A DNA stretch of 64,000 bases. Source: Dictyostelium discoideum (lineage: Eukaryota). Below the pieces are notes generated by a model that did not search any database, was not told where the DNA came from, and was given only the letters and a program-made list of their open reading frames with translations. The translations under genes were made by a program, and so were the position numbers. Numbering within the stretch: position 1 is the stretch's first letter; each line of letters begins with the position of its first letter. The stretch covers positions 2,176,001-2,240,000 of the forward strand of contig CM000151.3 of the NCBI GenBank assembly GCA_000004695.1. Reading direction: 5' to 3'. This document shows positions 37,617-51,185 of this stretch, piece after piece.

Positions 37617-38250
37617 TTATTTTATATATATTTAAAATTATTTATTTGTAAGAATGTTGAAAAATGAAAAATAAAAAATGAAAAAAAAAAAAAAAATTTT
37701 TGCAGTTTTTATATTTATTTTTTTTTTTATGCAGTAGCGGGGAAAAGATTTTTTTATTTTTTTTGTTTTTTTCGTGCATTTCGAAAAAAAAAAAAAATAA
37801 AATAAAAAGAAAATTATTTTAACTTTTCAATTTTTAAGATTTTCTTTTTACTTTTCCAAATTTTTTTTTTCTATTTTTTTTTTTTTTAGACTATTAATAG
37901 TATCATTCCAAAGAAAATGATCAAAAATGCCTGGTGGGATTTTAATGTTTTGATGGGTTTTCATAAAAAAAAAAAAAATCTTGATCCGTAATTTTTTTTT
38001 TCATTTTCATTGGCACCCAACACATTGCCATTCATATTTTTTTAAAAAAAAAAGTGAAAAAAATAAATATAAAAAAATAAAAAAATTAAAAGAATAAAAA
38101 AATAAAATAATAAAATAATTTTGATAATGTTCATGAACAAATTCAGCGCATGAAAAAAAAAAAAAATATATTTTTCATTTTTTTTTTCATTTTATTTTTC
38201 ATTTTTTTAATATGGGTATAGGTAAATAGAGCACACGAAAATACACAAGT

Positions 38251-38288
<38 letters not shown>

Positions 38289-38392
38289 ATAAAAATAATT
38301 ATCTATACATTTTTTTTTTTTTTTTTTTTTACAAATTTAATTTATAAGAATACAGTTAAAAGAGATTTTATTTATTTATTTAATTTTACATT

Positions 38393-39494
38393 TTATTTTT
38401 TAAAAGATTTAATTTTAATTGGATTTTCATATATTTCATTAAATTCATTTTCAATTTCTTCAATTGAATTATAAATCTTGAAATCTGAACATGTATTAAA
38501 ATTTAAATGTCTTTGTAAAATATTTAAGGTATTTGACTTTTCTAAAGTTCTATTTAAAATTCTTATTACTTTTTCATTCTCTTTATAATAAATAATAATA
38601 TTAATTTCTTTGGATGGAAAATTTAGTGAATGACAATCAAACTTTTTTAGTAACGATGTATCAAGTATATAATTTTTTGGAATTGTTAATAATGATGATA
38701 ATAATGGTTCTGTATTATTTGAAAAATCAAAACCATCAGTCGAACCAATTATAATATAATATAAATCTTTTTCAGTTGTATTATTTATTTTTGAATAACT
38801 ATCTTTATCATTTAGTTCAATATACCACTTTGATGGTGAATTTGTATTTAAATTTGAATTATAATTTAATAATTGTTCATTTAAATTAAAATTTTTAAAG
38901 TTATTATTATTATTAATATTATTATTATTATTTTTTGGTTGAATTGAACAAATTGAATTTAAATTTAAATTATTTATATAATTAATATTTGATTCTTCAA
39001 AATTATAATTTTCTTTTGAATTTAATAATAAATTTAATAATTGGTATTTTTTTAGGATTTCAAAATTATTATTATTATTATTGTTATCTTGAATTTTTAA
39101 ATTTTCCTTTTGTAAATTAATTTGTTGATTTAAAGTATTATTTAAGTCAATATTATATTGTTGATTTTTAAATAATTTTTCAACGATTTCCAATTCCATT
39201 GAATTTAATTGTTCATGATATTGTTTAAATTGGTTATTTAATTTATAAAGATTTTCATTTAAATTCTCTTCAGTTTCGATTAATTTTTTATTTGAATCTT
39301 CAATATAATTTCCAAATGTTTTATCATCAATTATTAATTTCTCTTTTAATTCATTAATAATTGTATCAATATTATTACTTTTTATAATTTCAAATTTATG
39401 ACCAAAATGTTTTTTATTTATAATACTTTTAAGACTTATTGATTCTTTACATGTTTTACAATAATATTTTAAATAATTTAATTTATCAAAAAAT

Positions 39495-39559
<65 letters not shown>

Positions 39560-39610
39560 ATTATTAATATTATTAATATTGGTATTTGTATAATTATTAT
39601 TATTTATCAT
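38393..39610 (-). CDS. Asn-rich hypothetical protein (405 aa) with a Cys/His cluster (CKTCKESISLKSIINKKHFGHKFE) and a predicted coiled-coil
   Basis: A single long ORF runs from the ATG at 39610 and is flanked by (AAT)n tracts translated as poly-N. The central region (..LNSMELEIVEKLFKNQQYNIDLNNTLNQQINLQKENLKIQD..) has a heptad-like character. I recognise no family. Confidence 0.45.
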
Positions 39611-40834
39611 TTTTTATTTTTTATTCTCTATTTTGAAATGTTTTCTGGAATAAAAAAATAAAAAATAAAAAAAAAAATATATAGATAAAAATTTGGCATG
39701 AACTTAAAAAATAATAAAAAAATTAAGTTCCTTGAAAAAAAAAAAAAAAAAAAAAAAAAAATAAGAATTTGTGTTTAAAAAAACATAGTTTAAGGTTTTT
39801 TAAAAATTTAATTATAAAAAACAATAAAAAAATAAAAATAATAAGAATGTGAAATTTTAAAACATTTTAAACCGAAAAATGATATCATTTTATTTAAATT
39901 TTTTTAAGTAATATTTTATTTTTTTTTTTCTTTTTTAATTTTATTTTTTTTAAGTCTATACTAAATTTTTTAACCTTTTTTTTTATAAATTTTATTATTA
40001 TCAAAGAAGAACAAACCATTCCTTTTTTTTTTTTTATTTTTTTTTTTTTATGTTTTTATTAATTATTAAAATCAACCCACACAATTTTTCAAAAAAAAAA
40101 AAAAAAAAAAAGTTTTTAAAATTTATTAAAATACTGTTCTATTTTTATCTTGATTTAGGGGTATAATATTTGGTCAATAAACGTTTAATTATTTGTTATT
40201 ATTTTTTTTTTTTTTTTTTTTTTTTTATTATTTTTATTATTTTTATTATTTTTATTTTATTATTATTTGATTGGGTCATATTTCAAATAATTTAAACAAT
40301 CGATAATATTTAAAATTTAAATTAAATGATTACCAAATTTAGATTAAAAAAAGATGAAAAAAAAAAAAAAAAAATATCACAATGTTTTTTTTAATAACCC
40401 AAAGTGGCGGTCAATATTTTGTTTTTTTTTCAAAAATAAATTTTCCCTCCATTTTTGAATTAATTAATTTTTTTTTTTTTTTTTTTTTTTTCAAAAATAA
40501 ATTTTTTAATTTTTTAAAATTTTTTTTTTTTTTTTTTTTTTTCAAACTCATTCCAAACACAAACATCTACACACTATTGTTCTTGTTCTATCTCTATCTT
40601 TCTTTTGTATATAATAATTCTTCAAAAAAAAAAATAAAAATAAAAAAAAAAAAATATAATTTATATTTTTATAAAAAAAAAAAAAACAACAAACAAATAA
40701 CAATAAAAAAAAAAAAAAACAAAAAAATAAATACAATCTGTAAAATTAAAAATATTAAAAAAATAAAATAAAAAATTAATCATTTGACTTTTTTTTCAAT
40801 CATCAAGAAAAAAAAACAATATAAAATTTAGAAA

Positions 40835-41729
40835 ATGGAATCAGATGGAGGTTTATCAAGATATCAAAAATTAGAGAAATTAGGTGAAGGTACCTATGGT
40901 AAAGTATATAAAGCAAAAGAAAAAGCAACTGGTAGAATGGTTGCACTTAAAAAGATTAGATTAGAAGATGATGGTGTTCCAAGTACTGCTTTACGTGAAA
41001 TCTCTTTATTAAAAGAAGTACCACATCCAAATGTTGTTAGGTAAATAGTTATTTATTAATTAATAAATTAATAATAATTATATTAATTTTTTTATTTTTT
41101 TTTTTTTTTAATAAATAAAAAATTTTATTAGTTTATTTGATGTACTTCATTGTCAAAATAGACTTTATTTGGTATTTGAATATTTAGATCAAGATTTAAA
41201 GAAATATATGGATTCCGTACCAGCATTATGTCCACAATTGATAAAGAGTTACCTTTATCAATTATTGAAGGGTTTAGCATACAGTCATGGTCATAGAATT
41301 TTACATAGAGATTTGAAACCACAAAATCTTTTAATCGATCGTCAAGGTGCATTGAAATTGGCTGATTTTGGTTTAGCTCGTGCAGTTAGTATTCCAGTAC
41401 GTGTTTACACTCACGAGATTGTAACCCTTTGGTATCGTGCACCAGAGGTCTTATTGGGTTCAAAAAGTTACTCTGTACCAGTCGATATGTGGTCTGTTGG
41501 TTGTATCTTTGGTGAAATGTTAAACAAAAAACCATTGTTTAGTGGTGATTGTGAAATTGATCAAATCTTTAGAATCTTTAGAGTTTTAGGTACTCCAGAT
41601 GATTCAATTTGGCCAGGTGTCACTAAACTTCCAGAATATGTTTCAACTTTCCCAAATTGGCCAGGTCAACCATATAATAAAATTTTCCCAAGATGTGAAC
41701 CACTTGCATTAGATTTAATTGCTGTATGT

Positions 41730-41778
<49 letters not shown>

Positions 41779-41926
41779 AAAACAAAACGAAATCAAATTA
41801 CTAATTTATAATTTTTTTTTTTATTTTTATTAGAAAATGCTTCAATATGAACCATCAAAGAGAATTTCAGCTAAAGAAGCACTTCTTCACCCATATTTTG
41901 GTGATCTTGATACTAGTTTTTTCTAA
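40835..41926 (+). CDS. cdk1: Cyclin-dependent kinase 1 (Cdc2; PSTALRE variant). Three exons: 40835..41040, 41132..41723, 41834..41926; 296 aa
   Basis: The kinase motifs are [42 protein letters not shown] and WYRAPE. Exon 3 encodes [30 protein letters not shown]. The junctions are GTAAAT/AG in phase 2 (VVS|LFDVLH) and GTATGT/AG in phase 0. The total of 296 aa matches Cdc2/Cdk1-class kinases. Confidence 0.9.
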
Positions 41927-42227
41927 GAAATAGAACTTATCAACATATCATCATTTAAAAAAAAAAAAAAAAACCCAATAATACATATTCAACAATTTTA
42001 AATCTTTATTTGTGTAAAAGCAAATAACTTTTTTTCCAAAAAAAAAAAAAAAATAACCCTTAACTCTTTTTTGCTCAATATTCTTTTTATTTAAATTTTT
42101 AAAGGATTTATTCATTCGTTCATTTTTTTTTCATAATACTTTCAAAATTACTTATTTAAACAATTTTTAATATTTATAAATAAAAATTATTTTTAAAAAA
42201 AACTCTTTAATTTTTATTACTTTTTAT

Positions 42228-43580
42228 TTATAGTTTTTTAACAATTGTATTTAAATTTTGAGCAAATGGTTTAAAAGAAAATTTATCATTTACACGTTGT
42301 TTACCATTGATACCCATTTTTTTGGAATTGATAGGATCATTGATAATTTTATTGAAAGCATTTGCAAAATCTTTAACGGTTGGATTACAAAGGTAACCAG
42401 TTTTACCATCGACAACTGTTTCTAATGGACCACCATTATTAACAGCAATCACAGGTTTACCAGCATACATTCCTTCCAATGGTGTAATACCAAAATGTTC
42501 AAATGATGGTGTATAAATTAAACAACAACAGTTTAATAATAACCATTGTTTTTGTTCTTCATTAATTGTTATCAAGAAAATTACACGATTCTCTAATCCA
42601 TATTCTTTGGCTTTATCTTTTAATTCTTGTAAATGTTCAACATTCTCTTTTAATCCTGTATCATATCCACCTGCAAATACTAAATAAATTTCATCTTTAC
42701 CTTTACCACTACCACCACTTTCACTATTACTAATAAATACACTAAATGCATCCAATGCTAATTTTAAATCTTTTTTTCTTTCATATCTATTAATTGACAA
42801 AAAGAATTTTTTATCACTATTATTAAAAAAAAAAAAAAAAAATATTAATAAATTATTATTATTATTATTGAATATATGTATATATTTAATAAATTAATTA
42901 ATTTACTCTAATTTAATTGGATTAATTAAATTATTTTCAATTGGTTGATTTGAAAAATTATGAGATTGTTTTGTTTTATCAAATTCGTTTGTATTGATGA
43001 TTGGGTATAATACTGATGGTGAATTTTTGAGATGTTTAAAAGATTGTTTATAAATTGATGAAGTGAAGTTACTATTGACCAATACTTGATCGGCACAACC
43101 AGTGGTAAACTCTTCGAAGAGGTCGATTGGTATACGATAGAGTCTTTTGATTAATGATGTTCTCGATGTTAATAGTTTGTCAGGGAAATGACAGTAGAAT
43201 AGTACTTTAGAATTTGTAAATAGTTTAAATAATGGAATTGAGGCTGAGATTTGGTCCAATACAATCACGTCATACTTTTGACCAGAGAAAAAGATGATGT
43301 ATAATGCTGCTAAAAGGTTTCTAATGATTGCGCAAATTACCATAAATCTATTGAAAATATGTCTTGGGAAATAGCCACCTGTGACGTGTACGTCCAATTC
43401 ACCATTAGATGTCTCTTTAAAGCATCTCTTTGGGTCGTGTCTTGATGTGTACATTGTGATTCTATTATTTCCAACACTCTTTAATCCTAATGCTAAATCA
43501 ACGATTAATCTCTCTGCTCCACCAATACCTAAATCTGGATGTAAAATTGCAATATTTAATTCTTTTTCATCTTTTACCAT
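42228..43580 (-). CDS. alg2: Alpha-1,3/1,6-mannosyltransferase ALG2 (GT4 family). Two exons: 42907..43580, 42228..42816; about 420 aa
   Basis: The N-terminus (ILHPDLGIGGAERLIVDLALGL...YCHFPDKLLTSRTSLIKRLYRIPIDLFEE) and the C-terminus (LSINRYERKKDLKLALDAF..VFAGGYD..NVEHLQELK..YTPSFEHFGITPLEGMYAGKPVIAVNNGGPLETV) are collinear with human ALG2. The junction is GTAAAT/AG in phase 2. Confidence 0.85.
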
Positions 43581-44281
43581 TTTTTTTTATTTTTTTTTTT
43601 TTTTTAATATATAAATATAAAAAAAATAAAAAAAAAAGATATTAAAAAATGAAATTAAAAAAAAAAAAAAAAAAAAATTTAAAAATAAAAAAAAAAATAA
43701 AAATTTTAAAAATAAAAAAAAAATAAAAAATAAAAAAGGTGACAGTGTTTTAATAAATGAGTCATCAAATAATTACTATTTTTGTTCCTATCAGTTTATT
43801 TTATTCTTCTGAAAAAAAATAAAATAAAAATAAAAGAAATAAAAAAACTATTTTCAAATTAATCTATTTTTTTTTTTTATTGCGATCGAATTTTCTGTTT
43901 AGCCACTACTACAAAAAAAATAAAAAAAAATAATAATTAAAATTAAATTTAATGATGGAAAATTTCTAAGTGATATAACAAGAAGAAGATTTTGTTTGAT
44001 TATTTTTATTTTTATTTTTATTTTTATTTTTTTTTTTTTTTCTTATATATATTCACAAAAAAATAAAAAATAAAAATTAAATTAAAAATAACCTTTTTTT
44101 TTTTTTTTTATTTTTATTATTTTTTTTTTTATTTTTTTTTTATTTTCTTTTCGTTTTTTTGAAAAAACGATTTTTTTTTTTTTTTTTTTTCAAATAATTT
44201 GATTTAGTTTTTACCACCATATTTCATTAATCCATTTTTATTATCAAGGAAAAAATAAAATAAAAGAATAATTAATAAATA

Positions 44282-44651
44282 ATGAATTTTAATAAAGCAA
44301 GCACAACATTAAAAGATACAAAGAAATTAATTATTGTTTTGGAACATGCAACATTAGATACAGTTAAAGTCAAAGAAAGCTTTCAATTATTAAATTGTGA
44401 TGATCATGCTGACATTTTAAAAAAACATGGTAAAGAAGCATCAGAAGCTAGACCAGATATTTTACATCAATGTTTATTAGCACTTTTTGATAGTCCACTC
44501 AATAAAGCTGGTCTTCTTCAAGTTTTCATAAAAACTACTAAAAATGTTTTAATTGAAGTACATCCACAAACTAGAATTCCAAGAACTTTTAATAGATTTG
44601 CTGGTTTAATGGGTAAATAATAAAATAATAAATTAAGAAATTAAGAAGAAG

Positions 44652-44682
<31 letters not shown>

Positions 44683-45393
44683 TACCATTTATTTTATTTT
44701 ATTTTAGTTCAATTATTAAAGAAATTAAGCATTAGAGCAACAAATGGACCAGATAAATTATTTAAAGTTATTAAGAATCCAATTACAGATCATTTAGCAC
44801 CAGGAACTAAAATATACGCAACTTCATTCTCTGCACCAAAATGTGTAGATTTATTTGAATTTGTTCCAGAAATTTTCGGATATGATCCATTACCAGTGAT
44901 TCCAGTTTCAACTACACCAACAGGTGTAGCATTAGGTTCATCAACCAATAACAACAACAATGTAAATAGTATTCAATCATTAAATTCATTAGGTGGAGCA
45001 CAAGTTAGAAGTGCTGGTGAAAGTTATTATGAGGGTATGGAAGATGAAGAAGCAGCAGAAGAAGAAGAAAAAGCAACAGAAACAAATAATAAAAATAAAA
45101 ATAAAAGAAAACAAGATGAAAAATCTGATAATGATAAAAAGAAACAAAAAACTTCAAATACTACAACTACAACTACTTCGACTGCAACAACAGTACAAAA
45201 GAAACCAGAAAAGAAATCTGATCAATTAAATGGTTTACAACAAGTTTGTATTGTAATTGGTGCCATGTCAACTGGTGCTATGAAAATCGAGTATAAACAC
45301 GAAGAAATCGCTTTCTCAAATTATCCTTTATCCGCTGCTGGTGCTTGTTTTAAAATTACTACAGTTTTTGAAAGACAATGGGGTATCTTGTAA
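44282..45393 (+). CDS. emg1: Ribosome biogenesis SPOUT methyltransferase EMG1/NEP1. Two exons: 44282..44612, 44708..45393; about 338 aa with an internal low-complexity insertion
   Basis: [77 protein letters not shown]|[30 protein letters not shown]..; the C-terminus [47 protein letters not shown] matches human EMG1. The junction is GTAAAT/AG in phase 1 and recreates the conserved LMVQLL. An in-frame insertion of about 100 aa (N/K/E/T-rich) lies at roughly 44930..45240. Confidence 0.8.
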
Positions 45394-45499
45394 AAGAAAC
45401 AAAAATAAATTAAAAAAAATTAAAAAATAAATAAAAAAAAATAAATAAAAAAAAAATAAATAAAAAAAAAAAAAAAGAACAAAAAATTTATTTGATTCA

Positions 45500-45530
<31 letters not shown>

Positions 45531-45947
45531 AAAATTTTCTAATGTTTGTTTTAGGGATTGGAAAAACAATAGTAAAGAAAATAATAATAGAAATTTAAAG
45601 ATAAAAACTTTTTCTTTTATTTTTTTGACTAATATCCTTGATTGGTTTTCTTAATTTATTATTTTTTTATTTTTTTATTTTTTGTGTAAAAAGTGAAAGT
45701 AAAATTATTTGAATAACATTTTCAGAACCACACAAATTTTTTAATTTTGAACATTGAACAAATTAATTTTAGATTTTATTAAAAAATTTTCTTTGATTTG
45801 AAAATATCTAGCCAACCGATTTGATTACTTTTATTTTTTTTCTTTTATTTTCTCAAATTTTTTTTTTTTCTTTTTTCGAAACAAATCAACTTTATTTCAA
45901 TATTTTTTTATTTTTTTTAAAAAATTAATATTAATAAATAAATTAAA

Positions 45948-46524
45948 ATGACACTTAATTATGGCAGCTCAGCACTTCACAAAGTATTAGGATCAGGTGC
46001 TGGTAAAAAAGAGAAAAAAAGTTCTGGTAGAGCTGCAGATTCAACAGAAACAGTTATAACTATTGTTTATGGTGATGGTAAAGTTTTTGAAGCCCAGGAT
46101 TCAAATGGTTTGGCTGATCCATTTATTAGAATTGGTACAGTTAAATCTGAAGGTAAATATATATATTTATATATATTAAAATTATTAAATTATTATCAAA
46201 AAAATATTAATTTTTTTTTTTTTAAAAAAAAAAAAAGGTGTTTTTAGTAAAAAATGGAAATCAGAATCACCAGTTTGTGAAAAAACACTTACACCAAATT
46301 GGAATTACTGTGAAGATGAATTTATTATTAAAAAAACAACAAAAGAATTAGTAGTTGAACTTTGGGATAAAGATACACTTAAAGATGATTTCGTAGGTAG
46401 AGCAATCGTTGATATTTCAGGTATTGTAACTAGTTTAATGTCATTCAATATTGAATTTAGAGAAAAACCAACTGATGAAAAGCCAAAAGGTACTGTTACA
46501 ATTTATATTAAAAAATTATATTAA
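45948..46524 (+). CDS. Small C2-domain protein. Two exons: 45948..46152, 46238..46524; about 163 aa
   Basis: The sequence is ..ETVITIVYGDGKVFEAQDSNGLADPFIRIGTVKSEG|VFSKKWKSESPVCEKTLTPNWNYCEDEFIIKK..LVVELWDKDTLKDDFVGRAIVDISGI.., showing a C2 beta-sandwich hallmark (DPF/Y.., LWDKD). The donor is GTAAAT. The acceptor AG at 46236-46237 was chosen because the alternative AG at 46246-46247 runs into a stop codon. Confidence 0.6.
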
Positions 46525-46633
46525 AATATAATCGGAAAAAAAAAAAAAAAAAATTAAATAAATAATAAAAAAAAAAAAATATATATATATGTATAATTTA
46601 GTTTTAAAATTTTATTATTATTTTATTTGTAAT

Positions 46634-49574
46634 TTAATCTTGTATTGATTCAGGTGGTATTGGTTCATTTAATCTTTTTTGAATTTGTTTTCTTTTTTTA
46701 TATTTTTTAATATAAATTATAACTAAAACAAGTATAGCAATTAAAAAGAAAAGACAAGGTATTAAAATTGCAGGTATTAACCATTTTTCAACATGAGAAT
46801 TATTGTTTTGATCGGAAGTACCACCACCACCACTATTATTATTATCACTTCTAAATTGATATTTATCGGGAATTGAATATTTAAATACATCAGCATCACC
46901 AGACTGACCATTAACATTAATTTGAATTTGATGATCAGATCTTTCTATTGAAGATTTATTTAATGATTCAGATAATGGTGGTAAATAACAAGTTAATGAG
47001 TTTGAATCAGTGATATTAACATAGATACATTGTTGAAGATTTGCAATTGTAATATTTATTGGTTTTGCCAATTGTGATCCGAAAATTGTAATTAAACCAC
47101 CAGTTGTTGGTGAAACTGATGTTGAATTTATAATTGTTGGTGACATATAAGAGAAGGTTAAACCCTTTGGGTTACCTTGAACCAAAATATCATTAATTAA
47201 AATTGAAACTGAATAATCACCACCTGATCCAGGTGGCATTTTACAAGTTATTGATGTAAAATGTTTTAAATCTAATTGTTGAATATCTTTACAAATTTGT
47301 GACCCAATTTTAATATTTAAATGATTGCCATTGTTGTTGTTGTTGATAATTTCATTTTCATTTACAAAATTATAATTTAATAAATTTAAATATTTACCAA
47401 TTATTGTAACAACACCACCATTAACTGATAATTTTGAAGGTATTGAAGTTATGAATGGTATAATTGGTAATTGAAGTTGGTTTGATTTTTGACCACCAAC
47501 TTCAATGAAAATCATTGAAGTTTTTATAGAATCCGGTATTTGAAATTGAATTAATTCACTTGAATTTGTTAATACTGGTAGTGGTGTAACAATGATTTTA
47601 CCATTGATTTCATTGTTAATATAAATGAAAACTTTTGAATTTAATTCACCCAAATTATTACCATTAACAATTGCATTATCAAAAGATTGATAAATTTTTG
47701 AAATGGTTGGGGCTTGATAAGTGAAATTTGTGAAAATGGCAGGTTTGGAATCACCAATTTCAAGTTTAAACCATAACTTTTTACCAATACCTGGTGAGAC
47801 TTTACAATAAATAATTTCACCAGGATATGATGAATCCTCAATTGGATCATGACAATTTAATTGATTATTATTATTAAAATTTTCAATTGAAAACTTTGAT
47901 TTCAATGGTTTACCATTTTCACTTGATAAATATAACCCATTACCTTTAATTGTAATTAAACCACCTTTAGTAGTTGGTGAACTAATTTCTTTAATTGATA
48001 CATTTATTCTAATCGGTATTGAAGAGTTATCGTTACTACCATCAATTGATACTGTTAATATACCAGGTCTTGGTATTGGTGAAATGTAAAGTATTGTACT
48101 ATTAACTATAGTTATAACCGATTGATTTAATTTAATACCATCTAAATAAACTGACATATCATTATTCATAAAATATTTACCAATAACTTTTAATTTACCT
48201 TGTTGTTCAATTGATGTTGTTGATAGTAATGTTGGTGGACCACAATCGAATATTGTTGAAGAAGGAGGTTGTCCAATTGGTATTGAAATACTAGTTGGTG
48301 GTGTTGTTGCACCATTTGAATTTTTATCCCAAAATTTAAATGCTCTACCACCACTTGTATATTGATAATATAATGGTGAATTCATTTGAAATTCAATATG
48401 GTTGATTGAGCTTGACAATTTTTGACCATATTGTGAAATTGGTGTTAGTTGTGAATAGGTTGTACTATCTAAAAAGTAACCATTGAATTTATAAGTACGA
48501 TTAGATGTTGGGCCCTCAATTGAATTTATAGTGATTGGTGGATAACCTTCCTTCAATTGACCTTGACCACAATAATTATCTAAACATAATGTATACTTAA
48601 AATCTCTTGTAGGACAAAGTCCAACAAGTCTATTAAAATCAGTTATAATCAAATTTGTGCTATTGACATAGTCAATTGAGATTTTATATGGAAATGGGTA
48701 ACAACTTGGCATGAATGTTAATAGTTTTCTATTTGTGCCAAAATTTATGCCAATAAACTCAATTTTAGTAGCACCTTTCTCAATATCCATTGATAACACT
48801 CTTGCAGAATTTATTATTGGTTTTGGGTAAGTTGCTTTGTATGGTGTTTGCTGTGAATTTTGATGATCACCACCAAAACTGATTAAAACATACCCAAAGC
48901 CAGGATCCATTGTCCAAGTTAATAAACCTGGTTGATTATAGATTAAACTATTTTCATATTTTAAATTTCTAATTTCTTTAGGTTTACCTGTGATATCTGT
49001 AATTGTCATTGGGGTGCTATTGGCGTTTGAGCCATCATAATATCGAATCTTCAATGAAGAAGTTCCATTAGTATATAAATGTGAATCATCGATTTCAACA
49101 GGAAATGAAATTGGTATCGATATCTTTTCATCAAGAACTCTGTTGGTTATTTTATACAATAGTGTTCCTTTACATTCTTGTTTTTGAAAATCGGTATATC
49201 CTGTGAAATCAAATGTTGAATTACAACTATTACTACCATCCAAATTCTTTATAATACGATTTGATCCAAATCCTTGAATCGCTCCATTATATGTACATTC
49301 TAAATTAACCAAACATAATAAATCAATATTTATTAAATCATTTGAATTTGGTAATATTGTTATAAATACTATTGATTTTAAATAATTAATTTTACTTTCA
49401 ATTTCACCTAAAATAGAATAAAAATTAATAAATAAATAAATAAAAAAATATTAATACTATATAAATATATATTTTTTTTAAAAAAATTAAGTAATTTAAA
49501 AATTATTTACAATTTATACTATATATAAATAATGAAATCAAAAATAATAATTTTAATACTATAAATGATTTCAT
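46634..49574 (-). CDS. Receptor E: signal peptide, multiple IPT/TIG-like Ig-fold repeats, TM and short tail. Two exons: 49511..49574, 46634..49368; about 932 aa
   Basis: Exon 1 encodes MKSFIVLKLLFLISLFIYSIN followed by t and a GTAAAT donor. The acceptor AG at 49369-49370 (caatag) is the only one compatible with the 892-aa ORF frame; the ttttag at 49407-49412 is out of frame. The body has repeated modules ending in G-rich strands (..LSVNGGVVTIIGKYLN.., TKGGLITIKGNGL.., TTGGLITIFGSQL..). The TM is WLIPAILIPCLFFLIAILVLVIIYIKKYKKRKQ with a short cytoplasmic tail. Confidence 0.7.
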
Positions 49575-49632
49575 TTTTTTTTATTTTTTAATTTTTTTTA
49601 AAAAAAAAAAAATTATTATTATTATTACAAAA

Positions 49633-49661
49633 AATTTATATTTTATTAAAAATGAGGTTTA

Positions 49662-49694
<33 letters not shown>

Positions 49695-49798
49695 TTTATT
49701 TCACTATTGTGTATTTATTTGTAAAATAATAAAACTGATAAAAAAAAAAAAAAAAAAAAAAAAAAAGGTAATTTATATTTTATTAAAAATGAGGTTTA

Positions 49799-49831
<33 letters not shown>

Positions 49832-49878
49832 TTTATTTCACTATTGTGTATTTATTTGTAAAATAATAAAACTGATAG
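49633..49878. repeat. Tandem duplication of two units (about 108 bp each plus a poly-A linker), 60-300 bp upstream of the receptor E start
   Basis: The unit 49633..49740 and the unit 49770..49878 are identical apart from the (ATT)n length and one A/G difference: aatttatattttattaaaaatgaggtttaat(tat)n ttttatttcactattgtgtatttatttgtaaaataataaaactgata. Confidence 0.8.
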
Positions 49879-50393
49879 AAAAAAAAAAAAAAAAAAAAAA
49901 ATTATAATTTTAAAAAATATTATTATTATGATGGATTGTGATTATAATTTATTATTATTATTTTTTTTAATTGAAAAAAAAACAAATTAAAAATAACCAT
50001 AATCGGTGGCAATTAATTTAACTATAGAATTGGGGAATGTGTGCGTGCGTGTGAATGATATTAAATAAATTATTTCATTATTAATAAAAATAATAATAAT
50101 ATATTGAGTAGCTATTAGGTATAACATTAAATTGACCACTGATGAAATATCAATGATGATGATGGCAGTGGTAAAAAAAAAAAAAAAAAAAATCAATTTT
50201 ATATATGTGTGTATATGTGTGGTTTGTAATTATAATTTTGGTATTATTATTTTTTTTATATATTATTATTATTATATTTTTTTTTTTATTGCCAAATCTT
50301 TTAACAATTTGATATTTTAATTATTATTAAATTTTTTTTTTTTTTTTTTTTTTTAAAAGTCTTTTAAAAAAATAAAATAAAAAATAAAAAATT

Positions 50394-50426
<33 letters not shown>

Positions 50427-51068
50427 AAACTACATGTAATTTTTTACATTATAAAAATTGTTAATAATAAAGAGAATATTAATTATTCATCATCTATTTT
50501 TTTTTTTTTTTTTTTTTTTTTTCTTTTTTTTCTTTTTTTCTTGAGTAACACAAAAATAAAAAAAAAAAAAAAAAAAAAATTAAAACTGGGTTTGTTATAC
50601 AATTATCAATTACTTTTCGAAAAAAAAAAAAAATACACATACAATAAAAATAAATAAATAAATCTCAACCCACACTTAATTTTTTTAAAAATAGACAAAT
50701 AAATAAACGAATAATAATTCTATATAAACCCAAAACTGATATAAAAATTTAATAATAATAATAAAAAAAAAAAAAAAAAATTTCTATTAAAAACAACACA
50801 TATTATCTACCTATGTTTAAAAAATTAAAATTATAATATAGTTTTTTATATTTTATACCACACAACAATAATAAACACTAGCATGTATTAAAAAATTACT
50901 TTTTTTTATTTTTTTTTATTTTATTTTTATTTTTAGGTTTATCTCTTACAATTTTACTCTTCATTTTACTTTAATCTTTTTAATTATATTTTTTATTACT
51001 TGATTTGATGAAATTAAAAAATTATAAAAAATAAAATTAATTTTTTGAAATTTTAAAAAAAAAAACAT

Positions 51069-51105
<37 letters not shown>

Positions 51106-51185
51106 CCACCCTTTTCTGACAATCACAATTTTTTTTTTAAATTTCAATTAGAAACAAAAAATATATATAAAAAAAAGAGATAAAA

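Noticed and set aside
46238-46247. An alternative acceptor AG at 46246-46247 for the C2-domain gene
   Set aside because: It gives a stop after about 30 codons. The upstream AG at 46236-46237 gives a 95-codon exon with C2 motifs.
49407-49412. A TTTTAG acceptor candidate for receptor E exon 2
   Set aside because: It is out of frame and leads to stops at 49403-49405 and 49385-49387. The CAATAG acceptor at 49369-49370 is the only phase-compatible one.
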